This document shows, piece after piece, positions 51,311 through 64,000 of a stretch of 64,000 nt of DNA. The notes below the pieces were generated by a model that saw only the letters and a program-made list of their open reading frames with translations, did no database searches and was not told the origin of the DNA. Position numbers and translations under genes: made by a program. Source of the stretch: Ruditapes philippinarum (lineage: Eukaryota); assembly GCF_026571515.1 (NCBI RefSeq), contig NW_026853658.1, forward strand, positions 1 to 64,000, written 5' to 3'. The number at the start of each line of letters is the position of its first letter. The first letter of the stretch is position 1.

Positions 51311-54300
51311 GTCAAGGACTTAAAAGACATTTATTAAAAAAAATATATGCCTTCTTTAATAAGAGATAATAAAAATGTAATATATGTATATATGTATTTG
51401 AATGTTGTGTCCTATTTCTGTAATAAATCAATTCATGGATTTTAACAGTATAGAATGATTTGTATTTAGAGTCATTAACAATTGTCAACATATCACATAA
51501 AAAGAAAGCAATTGCTAGATAGTTCTTCCTATGAAATAATGCAATTCTTTGATAATAAAAAAGTTAGAATTTATTACAAGTATGTTTTTTTTTATTTAAG
51601 TAAGTACAAGGATATTTAGCAATAACAACAACAAACAAAACACCAGGCATTATCACTTTTTTGCCTCTGCATTTCTGCATTTCAAAAGTATTTTAAAATT
51701 AATAAAAGCATAAAAAGAAAACCAGATGGCAGTATAGAATGATGGTTCTGTAATATTTTAATATCTATCTATTATATTAAGTACCACTCCCTGTTTTGTT
51801 TTGGGTTATGCTCTGGATAAATAGAGAAAAATTAAGAAAATACGAAAGGCGTTTCATTATAATGAAACACTTTTAAAACCTGCTTAATTATTTACTCGCA
51901 TGTGTTTTATTGCAACTGATGCCCTATCCATGGGAATATAAATTATCGTGTTTTATAATACATTGAATTTAAAAAGAGGTAATTTGAAAAAGAACCAAAC
52001 AAAATTACTGTGGTTGGTAACTGCACTTCTGTATGTCGTCTACTATTTTAAAGTCAATAACTAGTATTGCCATTTAGCTGTAAAGAAAATGAAGGTGGAA
52101 AAATAAGTATAGCATCAGATAGAGATACGATTCTTTAACAATAACATTTACCTATATTCCAAAAATGTTTAGTTTTCTACTTATGGTCCGTGCAATGAAT
52201 TGTTTTAAAGATAATTATAAAAGGTGGCATTTACAAATCTTGACTTAAAAGAATAATGATTCGTTGTCACTGCACTTATTTTAGTTTCCGCATTTTCATA
52301 TTAAAGGTTTCAAGTAAACAGTCAATCTAAGACAGGATTTATGTTATTATCCAGACCAAAAAGTAGACTGACGAACAGAGGCAATATTTTAACCCCTCTA
52401 CCTTGAATGGCAATGAGTGTGACATATTTAATGTATAATACCACGGTGTTATTATTTTCCTCATACATATAGATTTTTATATTTGACATGTATACACGCT
52501 ATGATATTTCGTAGGTTAATGACTGTTTGATTTTTTTCGTATCATTTACCAAAAATGTAGTCATGTTGATGTTTTCTTAAATTGAACTACATTTAAATTG
52601 AATATATGTTTTAGGAATGTCTGAGGGATAATCTAATGGTAACATTTAAAAGTCACAGTTTCTTGGTTAAATAGAGAAAATCTTAAGAATGTCAAAACGG
52701 CAAAATTGAAATTGTTACAGCCCCGGATTAAGTGTACCAGTTTCTGAATGGTACTGGAAAGTGCAAGCTCCACGTAGCACAGGCCTCGGAAAATTTTATT
52801 TTTTACATGAAAAGATTAAGTTTTAAATTTGGGAACATCTGCAGATATGTTCATACAACAGTTATCATAGGACGTTCAATGATACTTGTTTGTGCCAGTG
52901 AAAAAAAGCTGCGGATGGTCCCCGTATAAAATAATGTGTGTGCCCAAAACGAAACACCAAAGGCTAAACTAAATATTATGGAAAGTTGAAAGGGGAATCT
53001 TAGGTAATGACGCCTTTATATTACGGAACGCTGTCAAACACATTTAAAACACAGGCATCATTATCTCAGGGTGATTATACTGTATTCAAGCAAGAATTTA
53101 TTTATCCACCAATTTTTAAAAAAGCCAAATAGCAAATACCAAAAGTACCTTTAACACAATAATAATGTTTTGCTGGACGATCACTAACCACTAACCTCAA
53201 GATGGTAAAATGAAACATGAAATATAATTTCAAGAGAAAAGTTACCATATCGTGTTTGTCCTTAGCATAAGCTACGACGTTACTAATGCGATAGCAAACA
53301 TAAATAGGAGAAGATAATTTTTTGACACAATAAACAACAGTGATCCGGAAACGGAAAAAAGCCGGTATACGGTACGCCTGGGATCGTATATCAACTTTCG
53401 CTTAAGTTTAAATGCGTACATTGGTCATCAAATATATGATATAATTAATCAATTTTAATTTAAGTGCCAAAAACTACTATAACTATTAAAAACAGAAGCA
53501 ATTTTTTGTTTCCTTCTCAGTTTGATACGATCCCGGATTTCGGGCGTTCCGGACCACAGATCGACTAGAAAAATCCTTGATGAAATAATTCTGTAGGAAA
53601 ATAGAAGAAGGTATTTCCTTGACAGAAAAAACGAACTGTTTGTTCTCAGAGCAATAATGTTTAAATAGGAATATTTTGAAGTGTTATTTCGATTTCCTTC
53701 ACCTCTATAATGTTTTAGAAGAAGGATTTTAAGATAGTTGTACGACGGAAGTTATTCTGTTATCTTCCGGAGGCTAGCTCTTTAAGGATACGATATAATA
53801 ATTATCTGCTAAAATCTCGAAAAAGACTGACCCCTCGCAAAATAGAAAATGTATTTCAAGTTATTTGGGCATAATGTTAAAGCTTAATTTTAAATGTTCA
53901 ATGATATTTTTCATTAAATTAAACAGCACTAACATTTAACATGCTTTATAAAATTTAATTGTTTGTCCAAGCGTATAGAGCTCCCATTCCACAAGGGCAA
54001 TAAACTTAAATCCTAGGCAATCACTTCTCGGTTTTATAACTAAATCAAATAAAAACAAGTATTGTTTCAGCCTTTTTTGTACTGAAATAAAGTCAATATG
54101 ATATTTTTTTATTCAAAAGAGTTTCAAATAAGTAAGAAAAAGATACGAAAATTGTCACGTTGTCCCAGAGCAGTCATTGGAAAGGTAAGCAAAATTTCAA
54201 AAATAACTCGACTCGTGTATACAAAAATGGTTGAAAGTGTAAAACATGAAGCAAAATTGGACAACGAGTACACATTCATACCTAAATGTTTACGGTTTAA

Positions 54301-55202
54301 TATTGTTTAAACGATACTATTATACTAGTCCAATAGATTAGACGTTACAGGCTTGTTATAGTTTTATGTTGGTCAAGCCTTTACGTCTAATAGTTATTGC
54401 TCAAAAACGCGTAGCATTTTGAAAAATTAAAAAAATGTCTGTTGACTTGCCTTTCAAGCTTTATTCAAAAGCTTATCTTCTGTTCTTTCAATTGCATGGT
54501 CTATCATTAACAAAAACTTTAAAACAATGTACTTATCAATTAAAAGTAAAATATAAATATCAGTCTATTTCGCTCATCGGCCATACTGGTTAAGTATATC
54601 GTTTTACAGATTGATTCCAATTTTTTGAACGGAAAAATATATTTGAACACACTGACGGTGCATGGGCAATTATTTCGTTGAAAAAATATTCCGTTAGAAA
54701 CTTTTGGACTCATTTAAACGCTTGCATTTGAATTAGCCAATCAGATTTCGCGCACTGTATGGCGGCCATTTGTATATCAGCTGTACAAAGAATTTAATTA
54801 AATGAGAGGATTTAATCATGACTTTTCGGTTGTGACAGTTCAATTATTTTGTTTAAAGGTATTTATTTTTTAGTTTTGTTCATAAATAGGTCAAAATTAA
54901 TGTAAATACACGCTGTTTTAATTGTTTAAATTCATTAGATCTAAATCGATGTCTAATGTCAATTTTTTTGCTACACGATTTTGCAAAGATCTGTTAAGAC
55001 CTAACGTAACATGGAAAATGAAAAATGTAAAATATCAGATTAATGAATGATAAATATGAAATAGGTTACGTATAGGTCTTATAATTAGGACTACTATTAT
55101 ACATGTTACACTGAAGTGTATCCTGTTTAAACTTCCTTGGACGATTTAGTTACATTTTAGTAAACAGTAAGGTACAAACTGTGTAAAATAAATAGTTTCG
55201 CC

Positions 55203-58200
55203 ATGGGGTTTATGTTAGAAACATATTATCTTCTTCTATGGATTTTAATTGATGCAGGTAAAAGATTCATATTCAATTAAATTAATATATTTAACGGTCA
55301 CATTTGTAAAGTTTTTGTTAAGTAAAATAGAAAAAAAAACGATTGTAAATAAATATTTGCATTGTATAGTAATAACAGTCTTTACTTCTTGTCAAGAAAC
55401 TTAAAAGGAAGCTTATTCCTTCTTAAATAATGAACGTTCAGCATATGTTCTCTTGCTTTGTTTTTTTAAATTGATTAATGGATTCATTCATTCATTCATT
55501 CATTCATTCATTGAATTGAAAAACAAAGCAAGATATCATATGCTGAACTTTAAATAATTTAAATTTCAGCTTGCACGAAAATGTTTAGAATATAAGACCG
55601 TTTAAGTAATCATTCAATAAACTGTTTTGTAAAATTTTGTTATGTTGAATATAACGAAACACTTAAATCGTCTTTAAAAAAGATAAATCCATTTTTATAC
55701 ATAAAAATACGCTGTATAAATATCGGGTTGTAAATTATTAGATCTTATGTAAAGAAATTTTATGACATACGCTTATAAAAAGATATAATATTACAGATTT
55801 GATCACACTCGATCAATATCTCTCATATTTAATCTATTTACTTTTATATATTTTGATATAGTAAAGTTAACTTGTATGTAACAGTAACATATAAATGCAT
55901 TATAAGTATATGTAACATATCATCAAATCAAATATCAAAAGCATCATGCCGAAATATCTTGTAGAGACATTTGCCAAATGTTTTTCCCTAAATGATGAGG
56001 AAATCGTTAGTCGTATAGTGGTACATGTACACAGCAAAATATTTAAAACAAAACGGGTTTGCTATGCTAATCGTTTTTCTTTTATTCTTTTTGTAAGTTT
56101 GCCGTTGCTTATTTAGCACAAAAATATTGCTTTGATGTTAGAAACATCGATTTGAATGTATAATATTAATACACAAATTCACAAATTATCGTAGATGCTA
56201 CATTTATAACGGAATATAAGACAACATGGAATACAGCTATAGACAACTGTACAATGGAAACTCCTACAATTATGTTTGAGGGCAAAGAGGCTGATTTACC
56301 CGTTAAGTATGATTTGGCGGGAAAAGATGATGTTTGGGTAGGATACTATTTAGGAACAGCACCATTCCTTTACATTGGTCAGTACATCATTGGTCAAATT
56401 ATTATTCAAATAAACAAATAATATTCCTTTGCTTAAATTAATTATTTTTCTTGAAATGTGATGCTTTTTAATAAACGAAACAAATAATAAGAACATATAA
56501 AATGACTTGTTTAAAAATTGTCTTTAATCATCAAAAGCATTACCTAATTCAAGCATTTTTTCTCGATCTTATCATTTTCATTTTTAAATGAGAGCGTTAA
56601 TTACTAAAATGTCTTATCATAAATGAAGATCTGTGTCCTCATTTTTTACTTTGTGCCATTTATAAAAAGTGAATACATAGCTTCTGCATGATTTATGCTG
56701 TAAAACTTAGGTTATATATTCACGTGTTGCATTAACCCTGTTTGTTTTTTACCATCCTTACGACCCAAGAACACGTGATTAATTCATAAAATTCAAACTT
56801 TAAAGATGATGATTTTTAAAATATGTTGATTAATTAATAGGTATGTTATACATCTAAGGTTGTTTGCATGTGGAAGGTATGAGTGTAAAAGCAGAATTTG
56901 ATCACAACACTCCAGGCCTGTGTTATTCCGCTTGCAAGAAGAAAGGCTTGGTAGGCATTAGCCAAACAAAAGTAAGAAGAACATTTAATTTTATCTAAAA
57001 TAAAAAGGAATTTAAATACAGCAATGTTGTTTTGTTTTATATTCTGAATTTATTTCGTTACTTAAAGCGGTATCATTTATTTTTAGAAAAAAAAAATCTT
57101 TTATATTGTTTGCTTTGGTGTCTTTAAATTAATTTATTGATCATGGTTGCTATGATTTAAGAATCTGATGTTCGTTTTTGTAAATTTGCGTGTATTTACG
57201 TATTCCTTTTCTACTAGTTCATTTTATGGAAGTTTCTATTTTTGTCTGGTAATTCTTTTTTAAAATCTTCCAGTGCTTCTGTTTGAATGATGCTGATCAA
57301 TCAGAGATTCTCAACAAAGAATGTGACAAAGGATGTAAGGATCAAAAACATATTGCTTGTGGTGGTGATAACTATATGTCAATTTACAGAATCGAATCAG
57401 CCGGTGAGAATTTATCTTTACAAACCGAGGACAACATAATTATAAAATGTCTTTTTGAGTTTATTTCTTTTGTTACCATAGCTTATGTATTTCCTTACAT
57501 TATATAATTTAAATGAAACGTTACAGAAACATTTATTTTCAAACATACAGCACAGGTCTACAATGGAGAAAAGGATTGTTTACTCTTTGAAACAAACAGT
57601 GGCGGACCGAATCCACAGTGGGCGGACTGCACGAAACCTCAAAGAATCATGTGTACATTAAGTAAGTCATTATTATTTTACAGCATGCTTTTGGGTTCAA
57701 AGTAAACACATCAGAAATGATTTATAAAATAAAAAAAAACCGTATATATTTGAACAAAGTAAATATTAATAGACTATGAAATTATCAGGAATTTGGATAA
57801 AATCGTGATCACTATTGGTATAAGAATATTTAATCAAAATGCAAAATAATACAACCTGCAATGCAAAAGTAAGTTCATAGTCTTTTTAAAATATAACTCC
57901 TCACTTAATGTTTATTTTAAGGCTTTGACAAACATTTCATCCTTCATTATGTAAGTCTATTGATTCTTTTGTTTTGAAACTTTACGGTGTTAAAAATCCA
58001 AAAAGTGTTAAAAGTGTAAAGAAGTTGAAGCAATTTTGGGAAACTAAACACGAGAATGTCGAAAATGCATTATTTGTATATTATATGCATATTCATATAA
58101 TATGAAAGTATATAAAGACTATTACAGATGCAATGTCGTGTTTAATAACTCCATAGTCTACTTGAGCGCATTTTCTTTTAAGTTAATTATGCTATAAATG

Positions 58201-61200
58201 TTGTACAATATGATTTTAGCACAATATTGTTTTTATAAGAAAGTCTTTTTTCACAAAAACGGAAGCTTACCGTCAATATTTGTTGTAAAATGTCTGCGTT
58301 GTTTTGTTGCTGTCGTCTTAAATAGAATCATGTATTGTACACTTTCCTTTATTGCCATCAAATTCTTTATAATTTTCTCGTTAGACAATGGCACAGTTCA
58401 AAACGCGCTTGATAATAACGGTGACATTCAATACAACAGTTGGAAAGAATCAATGCAGATTTGTTTCGATCTTCAAAGGGCTCCTGCATCTCTAGAAGGC
58501 CTGAGAGGATTAAACATAATTACACCATCGTGGACAGGATTGATAAAAAGTGATGTAATATATAGCTACGGTAAATTCTTTTTGTTCTTTTTTAAGGGTG
58601 GGTGAGAGTGGGGATAAATCACAACGATACTTGCAACGTTCCAGCGAAGACTTGAAAAAACAATGACGTTCTGTACGTTTATTACCTCCCTCTATTGAAA
58701 TAATGAAAAACAATACTCTGGCGAGATTTGAACCACGTAGATAAACAGAAGTTGAATAATGAAATACTGTTAGACATCTAATACTCAAAATAGAAATACC
58801 ATACAATTATGTATACCATCAAGAAACATTTATTTTAACATGCTGTTATGTCAATTAAATTAGATACAAAATAATAAGATTCATTTGGATAAGGGCAACT
58901 GGTATTTTAATCAATAATTTTTCTAAAGAATCAATTTGTAATGAAATTATATGAATTGTGCATTTTGACGTTGCTCGATAATCGCCACTCTCGTGTAAGT
59001 ATCATTACTTTTGCTGCTCTTGTCGTATAAATTACTTATTCTTCATAAGTTTTTAAGTTGACAGTGCTTATGTGCATATATTTTCCTCGCATAAGTGTGT
59101 GAATAAAATAAACGGTGCAATCAATGAATTATTTAATTATTTCGCTGCAAATAATCGAAAATGACACTACCCGATACACTGTTAGTCATATTGAGGTCAA
59201 TTTTTATTTTACATTAATAATGAAAACAAGAAAAAATCGCAGCGCCAAATGACCGGCGAATAAAGCGGTTGGAAAACTAGAAAACAAGTTTCCGGTCTGT
59301 GTTTCAAAAAAGCTGCATTATTCATGGATAAAGCATAAACTTCGAAGTCGAATTACAGGTCTACGTTTTGCAAATTTAAACATGTGCACTTCAGACATTT
59401 TCCCAGTTTTTTGTTATGTATCTAGCTTTTTACTGGCTGGTCTTTAGGGACTATTACATTGAATTTGAACAAATGAAGCAAGTTCTTCTCTCATAAATTT
59501 TATCACCATATTCTTATTCAAAACTCGATATTTGAATCAATGTGTTCTTTCGCAAATTAGATGAAGCAGTAACTTCAAGCGTATATAAAAAGTGTGGATA
59601 CCTTGACAAGAAAAAGGGTGAAACCGTCTTAAAATTTGAAGACAATGACAAAGAAAAAAGGATTCTTTGTAAAAAAGGTAACTTTTTAACATATCTCAAA
59701 ATCACTACAAGAATAGATAACGTGCGAGTAGTAGCAACCTATTTTATTAGGAAGAAATATATGCATACGAAAAAGTTTACGTGTTTATATGTTTCACTAT
59801 ATTTTAATGGACAACTGAGACCACTTTATCATTAAGTTGACAGCGTCAAAGAAATAAAATTTGATTCTTTATGGAAACGAAATTTACACATTGGGTCCTG
59901 ACCAAGAAGACAAGTTGACATTTTTAGAATCAAGCTTTGCACTAAGTTTCTTGTTAAAGTAATTTTTAACTAAAAGTCAAATTGATATCAACATAATTGC
60001 TTTTTCGGCAAAAACATGGCATTACTTCGATCGTTAAATGTTAAAAAATAAACTGAAAGTTCACATACCCTTTTGGTTCACTGAACTTCTGTGTCCATTG
60101 ACAGGTTACTATATTTCAGCCGTCATTGTCATTTCTTCTTTTATTTTGACATTATAGGAAAAGATATCAACAAAACTATAGCAGATAGCAGTGGTGAGAA
60201 CTTAAATATGTTAATAAAAAAGGAAAATAAGTATTTATTCAATGATTTTAAGTATTAGTAAGAAACAAGAATAAGGTTTTTAATAAAAAGGTTTTAGCAA
60301 ATGTTATTATTCATTTCAATTACTTTTGCAATTATAGATTATGTCCAGTATAAAAGTTATAAAAGTATTTGAAAAATGATAAGTGTGAAAGGCAAATGAA
60401 AGAGTAACGGATAATTTCTAAAATCATATATGCCAAACTTTTTAAAATCTGTATTTTTGTACCTTACTGTTGTTTTATACCAAATCATTCAAATTGCGTG
60501 GCTTATAAAAATAACAGCTTTTAAAATATGTTATGTCTATAATAGGCTCAGATGTCGGACTAGTTGTGGGAATGTCATTGTTAGTGGTTTTAGTTATAGT
60601 AGCGATCGTCATAGGAATTTTTGTTTTAAACAAAAGGTAAAATCAAGTTAACATTTTATTATTGAAATAATTTACACGTTCTTATGATTAATCTGGCATA
60701 ATATTATTCAAAATGGACGAATTAGTTACCACAGGTCTGTGAATAAGAACATTTAATTTGACTCGGAAATATTGACAATTCGTAGTTTGTTAACTTCAGG
60801 TATATAAAACATATCATATGATCTTTCATTTGCTAACAGTTCTGATTGATACGCAAACCATATGCCTCAACTATCATTAGGTCAGTTTAAACAGTTCATT
60901 ATAAAGACATTAAATTGTCCCACATATTTGAAAAAGAATATTTTTTCTCGAGCTTTATATTAAGCATTTAATATATGAGTTGCAAACAACTATCATTTGA
61001 CGGATAACTGTTTTACTCCTATCATTTATGTCAATTTCAGAGGAAAACTTCAAGGTATTTGTTATAGCATTTCAACGCCCAAAACAACAGTTCAAACGCA
61101 AAATGTATCTGTGGTTCCAGACACGGCCTACGAAGCTCCTTCTGATTCTCCTTACAATGAAATCGATGACACAGCTTTGCAAAGGAGCACGGATACACCA

Positions 61201-61632
61201 GATGATTTCGATAAAGACAACGGAAATTATGCGCACACTTATTTCGTTTTGGAAGGCCAGGAATGGGATCGTCAAAAAGAAAATGGCATTGCAATGTCCA
61301 GACCTGGAGAGTCTGGCAACGAGTACAACACCTTGTGTTCTAATTTAAAGCACGGAAATAACACTAAACATACATATGACACGACAGAGAAAGCAGTTAA
61401 AAGACTGAAAGATCAACATGATAAAAGCATTGATGATATAAGATGTAACATGTTTGACGACGTGGAGGAAGATGATTACAACCACACAAGTGGTGAAGCA
61501 CTGAAGAACAAAAGAACAGATCATGTCTACGGCATACAAACTGGTGGTGAAAATGAGTATGGAGGTGTCAGTACAAATAATGAAAATGATCTTCTGGGAG
61601 AAATGGACACCTATAATCATATACAAGCTTAA
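55203..61632 (+). CDS. Receptor F: complete CTLD[WSC]-CTLD type I membrane receptor with Tyr-rich tail, 537 aa
   Basis: Ten GT-AG exons: 55203-55257, 56195-56377, 56859-56971, 57274-57403, 57551-57661, 58385-58570, 59561-59677, 60158-60193, 60546-60636, 61041-61632. They total 1614 nt in one open frame, with the same phases as D. Confidence 0.92.
55436..55548. repeat. 30-bp inverted repeat enclosing an (ATTC)n microsatellite
   Basis: gttcagcatatgttctcttgctttgttttt and aaaaacaaagcaagatatcatatgctgaac (2 mismatches) flank (attc)7. Confidence 0.85.
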
Positions 61633-64000
61633 TATTCGCATTTTAATGGAATTTTATGAGTTAATTAATGTATTCAAAACCTTTTCTTTTTTTTTAATTT
61701 TCAAGTCTGGTACAATCATTGTATACGCTTGTAGTATATGAAAAATGTTACCATTCAAACGGTTTTAGTTTTGAAATAGCTTTGCAAAATCTATATTACT
61801 GTTCAATTTCTATAATGAAATGCCATTTAGAATACCATATGTTCATTTTAAGAAAGAAATAAAGTGTATTGAATAACCTATGTCTTGTAACTAAACTTGA
61901 ACAAGTCATCATGGATAAGTTATGAAGACATGTCAAATTTTTGCATCATTGATTGATTGGTTTCAATCAGATGGTAACGAAATTCCTAAAGCAAAATGGT
62001 ATACATATTAATCTCTTATCTGTGATTAAATTAAGTCAAGTAAATCCGGTCCATAAATAAGTGACATTATAAAATTCTTTTGCTAAATAAAAAAAGATGA
62101 GACCATTCAAGCCTACAGGTTGTTTTAATTACATACAAAAAAAACTTTAATCAGGAGAAATGTGTCTTTATCATTCTCATGACACGTAGAAGAAATGATA
62201 TCGAATTCGTTGAAGAAAACAATTTTTGCGCTTGATAAAGATTATGCTTTTGCACTGATGGAATATGATGACAAAACTGTGATCGGCTGATTAAAAGGAT
62301 AAAGTCTGCATATAAGCACACGAATCAGTTTTGTCCAGTAGTATTGAATTAAATCGACTCAAACTGCCGAAGCCTGCGAAAACGGAAGAGGTAATGAACT
62401 GGCCAGTATCATTTTTGAGACTCTTGCTGTGTTTTATAGGATGGATATAGATTTGACGTGGTCCGTCCTGACGTTTTTTTCTGCTGTAGCTATTTTCTTC
62501 TATCTGGCTTGAAACAATAGAGATAACAAAAGAGTGGCCAGATAAGTAATCCTCTCATTTAAACGCCTGTCTTGCATTAAGCGTTGGTCTGTCACTAATT
62601 GACTACAGTCTAGAAAATAAAACTTCATATTTGGTTACATGTCATTAAGAAACAGTGAATTGCGTTACATTTCTCTCTTTTACTATACCGAAGTTATTGC
62701 CCCTTGCAATGTTTCATATGGGGCATTACACCATAAGAAAGTGAGACATTAGCTTGAAACTTCATTTGAAAAGAAACAGAATTTGATATCTTGAGCAAAA
62801 GCATACTTTAAATGAATGGATAAATTACAATGGTATAGTTTCCAAATATTTTTCAATTATGATTAAATTTTAAAAGTACTTTTGTTAGCCACCGTTTATT
62901 GTGTAGACTTTGTGACATATTAATGTTCTGAGGCACTATTGTACTAAGAGGACTCAAAAAAACTTGCATCATTCTATGCATGCATATGAAATTGTGTATT
63001 GAGCGAAACGTAACTATGTAAAATTGATAAGGCAATTGATAAATAGGTTCATTTTGTCCGACTTAGACACCTTCAAGATAATTTAAGAAACTTGTCTTAA
63101 TTCTCTTCTCTTTTTGCATTAAATTTACAATGGAAAACCATGAAGTTAGACTTGTATAAGTTGTGCAATGTAACTGTAGTTTAATCAAAGATCTATTTAT
63201 TTCCCGAACATATACATGCAATTATAATACAGTCAAGTCAAATCAATTACTCAAAGAAAAGGATAAGAACCAAAATCTAGTTTATCTATCATTTATGTGG
63301 AGTTATATACCAATTGGTTATTTTAAACTGTGGCATAAGTGTTCAACCAAACAGTTTTGAAGATGAATAAATGGGCATGACCATTTAACACGTTCTAGCA
63401 AGCTCTACTGGATTCCAGCTGAAAAATTAAAGTGCATAGCTCGGCGTACACCAAGGCTCTATGCAAACATAATGAAGAATATCTTACTTAAAAAAATCAC
63501 AACACTGATTTCTTTTTATAATTCTTTCACCTTATAATTTACAGCTCATTAAATTGCCTACATAACCACGTATACCGCAGCAGGCATAGGGGAATAACTC
63601 TAAATCAAGCATATATATAGCAAATTTTGTCATTTTTAAAGAAATGTTTATAAAATTTTACGTTGTGTTTTTTTCACGTCCGGTTATTACATTTTTTTAC
63701 AGTTTCATATAATTTCATGCATTTTTGTATTTGCTTAAAACTTTCTTTTCCAATTTTACAAATTTTCACAAGTCTCAAAAGATGGCGTACGGCGCGCCGA
63801 ACATTTGTTAGACAAAAATCGCTCTCAAAAATAATTAACTCCTTCTAGTTAGATTTCTCATGAACTTTGAAATTTGAAGCATTTATGTTGGAACTCATAA
63901 GGTATGTTTTCGTGACATTTGTAAGGAAATGTTCCGAGTTTTCTTTATCTTTGACACAGCTTTATTGCTTGCATATTCACAAATATTTTAAAGTATTGTT

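Noticed and set aside
52716-54200. Several degenerate repeat remnants (TACAG...CTGTA ends, inverted gggatcgtat motifs at ~53340-53560, Helitron-like stretch)
   Set aside because: The TIRs match too poorly to define boundaries or family by eye.
54802-54858. ATG-initiated short frame ending in aaag|gtattt upstream of F, near a CCAAT box
   Set aside because: It is phase 0 and not signal-peptide-like. At most it is a 5'-UTR exon, which cannot be verified here.
40711-61641. Hydrophobic minus-strand ORFs (40711-41001, 49514-49711, 51048-51272, 61345-61641; likewise 15270-15527)
   Set aside because: They are antisense shadows of real plus-strand tail or TM exons.

Overview
This is AT-rich, intron-containing eukaryotic DNA, most likely from a bivalve mollusc (inferred from the repeat landscape). 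The ORF track mostly shows single exons or antisense noise. Reading GT-AG boundaries by hand reveals a tandem cluster of about six paralogous type I membrane receptor genes, labelled A-F here. They share a 10-exon plan: signal peptide, N-half of a C-type-lectin-like domain (CTLD), a complete 8-Cys WSC domain on two exons, C-half of the same CTLD, a second degenerate CTLD on two exons, Ser/Thr stalk, TM helix, and a Tyr-motif-rich cytoplasmic tail. The WSC domain therefore appears to be inserted inside a CTLD. D (33181-41007, 552 aa) and F (55203-61632, 537 aa) reconstruct as intact genes. E (43686-51290) is intact except for an indel-riddled stretch. A lacks its 5' exons in this window and has a different short tail with a canonical ITAM spacing. 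B is an orphan TM plus tail. C is an inverted copy with a decayed 3' end. The cluster looks like a diversifying, possibly paired activating/inhibitory, innate immune receptor family. Interspersed elements include a hAT transposon abutting or nested in a Ty3/Gypsy LTR element, a decayed LINE, a Tc1 fragment, several MITEs and SINEs, hairpin repeats and satellites. All exon calls and similarity estimates were made by eye; no database searches were run.
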